A stretch of DNA of 64,000 nucleotides, taken from positions 1,376,001-1,440,000 of the forward strand of contig OY969100.1 of NCBI GenBank assembly GCA_963697895.1. The letters are read 5' to 3'. The DNA comes from an uncultured Methanomicrobiales archaeon (GTDB lineage: Archaea; Halobacteriota; Methanomicrobia; Methanomicrobiales; Methanospirillaceae). Position numbers and translations under genes: made by a program. Positions 61,297-64,000 of this stretch are shown here, one piece after another. Numbering within the stretch: position 1 is the first letter of the stretch; every line of letters begins with the position of its first letter. The notes under the pieces were generated by a model. The model had not been told where the DNA came from. It saw only the letters and a list, made by a program, of their open reading frames with translations, and searched no databases.

Positions 61297-61998
61297 TCAG
61301 ACATTCATCATTCCCTCTTTTGAGAGTCCCTGTAACGCGAGTCTTATAAGCCCAAGATTTGCATCCGGGAGCGCATACAGGCACAGGTAGAGATCTCCGT
61401 AGGGGGCAATGATGAACTTCCCCGTATCTGTCTCGAGGAGCAGCTGTTCAAGCTGCCCGATATCCATATTCTCAATCATCTTCATGCTGGCTCTGAGCAG
61501 ATCCTCCGCCATTGCCGCAACTTTTTCGAAATCGGCATTTCCAAAAGACTGAACTGAAAATCCTTCAAAAAACGCAGAGACGGCAATCACTCCCGGCTGT
61601 TTGAGTATGTTTTTGAGCTTCCCCTCATTGAGTATGCTGGATATGGTGGTAATATTCACCCGGTCCTCTTCGGATAAGAGCATTCCACCCTCGAAAGCAA
61701 TATTCAGCGCTTCCCGAAATTCTTCGGGATCATATCGGAAAAGTCTCAATTCCGGACCAGTCTCAAGGACACCCGAAGTGATCCGGTTCATGTAATCGAT
61801 GGCTGTCCTGCCACGGAGAATTCCGTCTCTCCTTTCGAAATATGCAGCGATCATTCGTCCGTTATTCGAGACGATCCCGCCGGTGCCTTCTGGTTCGTCC
61901 ATTTGAATCATACCCGTAAATGTCAGGATAAACCTGATAGATTCATCATGAAGCGGGTCTTTCAGTATTCCAATATCAGTCCCCTGCGGCCATATCAT
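61297..61998 (-). CDS. Two-domain protein: DUF2226-like N-terminus plus Roadblock/LC7 C-terminus
   Basis: FTGMI...GRMIAAY...LRGRTA N-domain; GVIAVS...EKVAAMAEDL...LEQLLLET..GKFIIAP...ANLGLIR C-domain. Confidence 0.78.
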   Translation of the reverse strand: MIWPQGTDIGILKDPLHDESIRFILTFTGMIQMDEPEGTGGIVSNNGRMIAAYFERRDGILRGRTAIDYMNRITSGVLETGPELRLFRYDPEEFREALNIAFEGGMLLSEEDRVNITTISSILNEGKLKNILKQPGVIAVSAFFEGFSVQSFGNADFEKVAAMAEDLLRASMKMIENMDIGQLEQLLLETDTGKFIIAPYGDLYLCLYALPDANLGLIRLALQGLSKEGMMNV

Positions 61999-62000
61999 GA

Positions 62001-62348
62001 TTATAATGCTGCAATAAGGCGTTCTTTGTTCTTTTTCAGGTCGTACCTGATTCTGCCGACATTAGCAACACTATCTGCAACAATCGCAATAATTTCATCA
62101 GGGGACAGCGGGGCCATAATAATAGGCCCTTTTTCCAACTCTACCAGAAGCTGGGAAATCTCACCTTTGCCGAGTTCTTTTCCCATCGCTTCGGAGGTCC
62201 CCATTCCGGTTGATGCCATCGCCCCGAGTGCATCGGTGTCCATTTTGCCAGAGACCGCACTTTCTATGACAAAGCCGTCTCTCCCGACAACTACCGCGGC
62301 TGACACCCCCTCAATCTTTAAAAATTCTTCCAGTACCTGTTTCAACAT
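62001..62348 (-). CDS. Roadblock/LC7 (MglB-like) domain protein
   Basis: GVSAAVVVGRDGFVI, ALGAM, QLLVELEKG, ANVGRIR. Confidence 0.92.
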   Translation of the reverse strand: MLKQVLEEFLKIEGVSAAVVVGRDGFVIESAVSGKMDTDALGAMASTGMGTSEAMGKELGKGEISQLLVELEKGPIIMAPLSPDEIIAIVADSVANVGRIRYDLKKNKERLIAAL

Positions 62349-62537
62349 CCAATGCCACCTTCATATAAATCCTTTTCTCTGATATATGATCATAAAAATG
62401 TTTCCTTTCATCGGAAGATAGTTTTGAACCCACAATATAAACTCCGATTTGGAGGGTTTAATTGGCCATATATGACCTATAATCGCGGTAAACATAATAC
62501 CAATAGAAATATAGGATACCGGGACCTCAAACTATTT

Positions 62538-63629
62538 ATGCAGATCCCCCGGGGAACATTTGCGTCGATCAAAAAGGGGATTCACATTCACGCCCTTCTT
62601 ATCGAGCTGGAGCATTCCCATTTCACCGGTGCTTGCGTTATATCCCATGGGCGTTCAACCATTTCACTTATCCTGAAGAACGGGAACTGCATCATGGCAG
62701 ATTGGGGCGATCTGAACGGTGAAGATTCCTGGGGTGCAATTCAGGCACTAGGTAACATCGAGGTTGACGCAGCTCTCTCGCGGCTCAGCCCGGCACAGAT
62801 CGCGCTCACTCAGGAATTTAACAAATCCGCCATTATTGCCCGAATGCGGAGATCATCAAGGAATGAGGGAAAAGGGGACAGGAACCATAGCATTCAGACG
62901 AGGAAGATCTCCGGTTCAAACGATATAGATGAACAACTCGGGAGCCTGGATGGTTCCGAAGAACCGAAAAGGAGCAACAGTTCGCGGGTGGACTCACCCG
63001 CGAGAGGGGAGCGAATCGCCTTACGCTCTTCTCAACACCCCGTTATTCCACTGCCTATGCCCCCGTCAGAAAAATTAAGGGAACCCGTTGAACAGGAGGA
63101 GAAGAAGACAATCGGCGCGGGAATCAAAGAACCATCTGGAAGGCTAAAATCTGAATCCGCGCTCACTTCAGCAGAAATTTCCCTCCTCCAGCTTTCAGGG
63201 GTACCTAAACCTCCCCAGAAAATCACCCCGGAGAAAGAGGTGCCGGACCCATGTGCCAGCGAACTGGATGGACAGGGAGACAATGTCCCTCAATCTCCGT
63301 ATGAGGAGGTTGTGCCGGAACGGTCCGAGTCACATCCGAAAAAATCGGAAGATCCGGGAACCGATGCCCCGGCATGGGGAACACCCGTTCCGGCCGATCA
63401 GCATTCTCCTGAAACGGATGACATATCTATGCCCGTACAAATTGGGAGTGTAGGGGATTCAACGCCCGGTACGAACGCCTCCCCCGAGGAAAGATCCATG
63501 GAGGAACTCTCTGCCCTGGACTCGGTGGACCTTTCAGGCATGACTGAAAAGATCCGTGACAACTGCCGCATTATCGTCCGCGGGCTTCAGCTTGAACATC
63601 TCCTCGACAGGAAAAAATCCGATAAATAG
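62538..63629 (+). CDS. DUF2226-like N-terminal domain, long disordered linker and short helical C-terminus
   Basis: MQIPRG...LEHSHFTGACVI...LKNGNCIMA...GEDSW...LSPAQIALTQEFN; Pro/Glu/Ser-rich middle. Confidence 0.72.
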   Translation: MQIPRGTFASIKKGIHIHALLIELEHSHFTGACVISHGRSTISLILKNGNCIMADWGDLNGEDSWGAIQALGNIEVDAALSRLSPAQIALTQEFNKSAIIARMRRSSRNEGKGDRNHSIQTRKISGSNDIDEQLGSLDGSEEPKRSNSSRVDSPARGERIALRSSQHPVIPLPMPPSEKLREPVEQEEKKTIGAGIKEPSGRLKSESALTSAEISLLQLSGVPKPPQKITPEKEVPDPCASELDGQGDNVPQSPYEEVVPERSESHPKKSEDPGTDAPAWGTPVPADQHSPETDDISMPVQIGSVGDSTPGTNASPEERSMEELSALDSVDLSGMTEKIRDNCRIIVRGLQLEHLLDRKKSDK

Positions 63630-63641
63630 GGGGGGAGCGGG

Positions 63642-64000
63642 ATGGCTATTATGGTGAATAATACAACAGTGCTCTATATTGGAATTATTCTCTTGATCAC
63701 TCTTCTGATCGTTTTTGTTATTATCTTTCTGTATCTCATAACTGTGCGTCGTGAAGTCGCCGAGGTTCTTTCGCGTCCTGCCGCCGAGATAACCTCCCGT
63801 TCTACCTCAGATGAATGTGTCTCTGGCGGAGGAGAAATCCCGGGCCAGGCATCGTCGATCGCTGAGTGCCACCATGAGATCGATATTTTTAAATCATACT
63901 CAGATATCGGAGAAAATATGAAGGCCCTGAAGAAAAAGTACGGGCTCGATTCCATTACCCTTGCTTCGGAGGACGGACTGGTCATCGCATCTTCAGACCC
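63642..64000 (+). CDS. Partial gene (runs off the window): N-terminal TM anchor followed by the start of a Roadblock-like domain
   Basis: Manual translation MAIMVNNTTVLYIGIILLITLLIVFVIIFLYLITVRRE...KYGLDSITLASEDGLVIASSD; GGGGAG upstream; no stop. Confidence 0.72.
   Translation, partial: MAIMVNNTTVLYIGIILLITLLIVFVIIFLYLITVRREVAEVLSRPAAEITSRSTSDECVSGGGEIPGQASSIAECHHEIDIFKSYSDIGENMKALKKKYGLDSITLASEDGLVIASSD

Overview
This is a gene-dense archaeal chromosome segment, most consistent with a Methanomicrobiales-type methanogen (inferred from cofC/cofG/cofE-family genes, archaeal RNA polymerase subunits, Topo VI, archaeal mevalonate genes and gene order). It is mostly housekeeping: smc-scpA; glyA-folD-folP-cofE-like; cofC and cofG-purC-purS-purQ; a long minus-strand superoperon from tRNA-Ser and ribosomal/RNAP genes through tRNA-Pro, eno, the mevalonate genes and rnj to gltX; five CBS-domain genes; oapABC/arvABC; class II RNR opposite cobQ; larB-nadM; hisS-top6B-top6A. 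A type IV pilus-like ATPase/platform locus with several Roadblock/LC7 and DUF2226-like genes lies at the right end. I saw no CRISPR array, rRNA or transposase. The main leads are: (1) five ATGGCTGAAG repeats forming a chain of four overlapping mini-ORFs between the smc stop and scpA start; (2) the Roadblock/DUF2226-like module attached to the pilus machinery; (3) a signal-peptide-bearing, probably membrane-tethered tandem wHTH regulator with an upstream palindrome and a secreted neighbour; (4) a divergent CofE-family ligase in a folate operon. cofC, rnj and nrdJ each carry a single-base frameshift at a G/C run, probably assembly errors. All family calls come from motif recognition by eye; no database searches were run.
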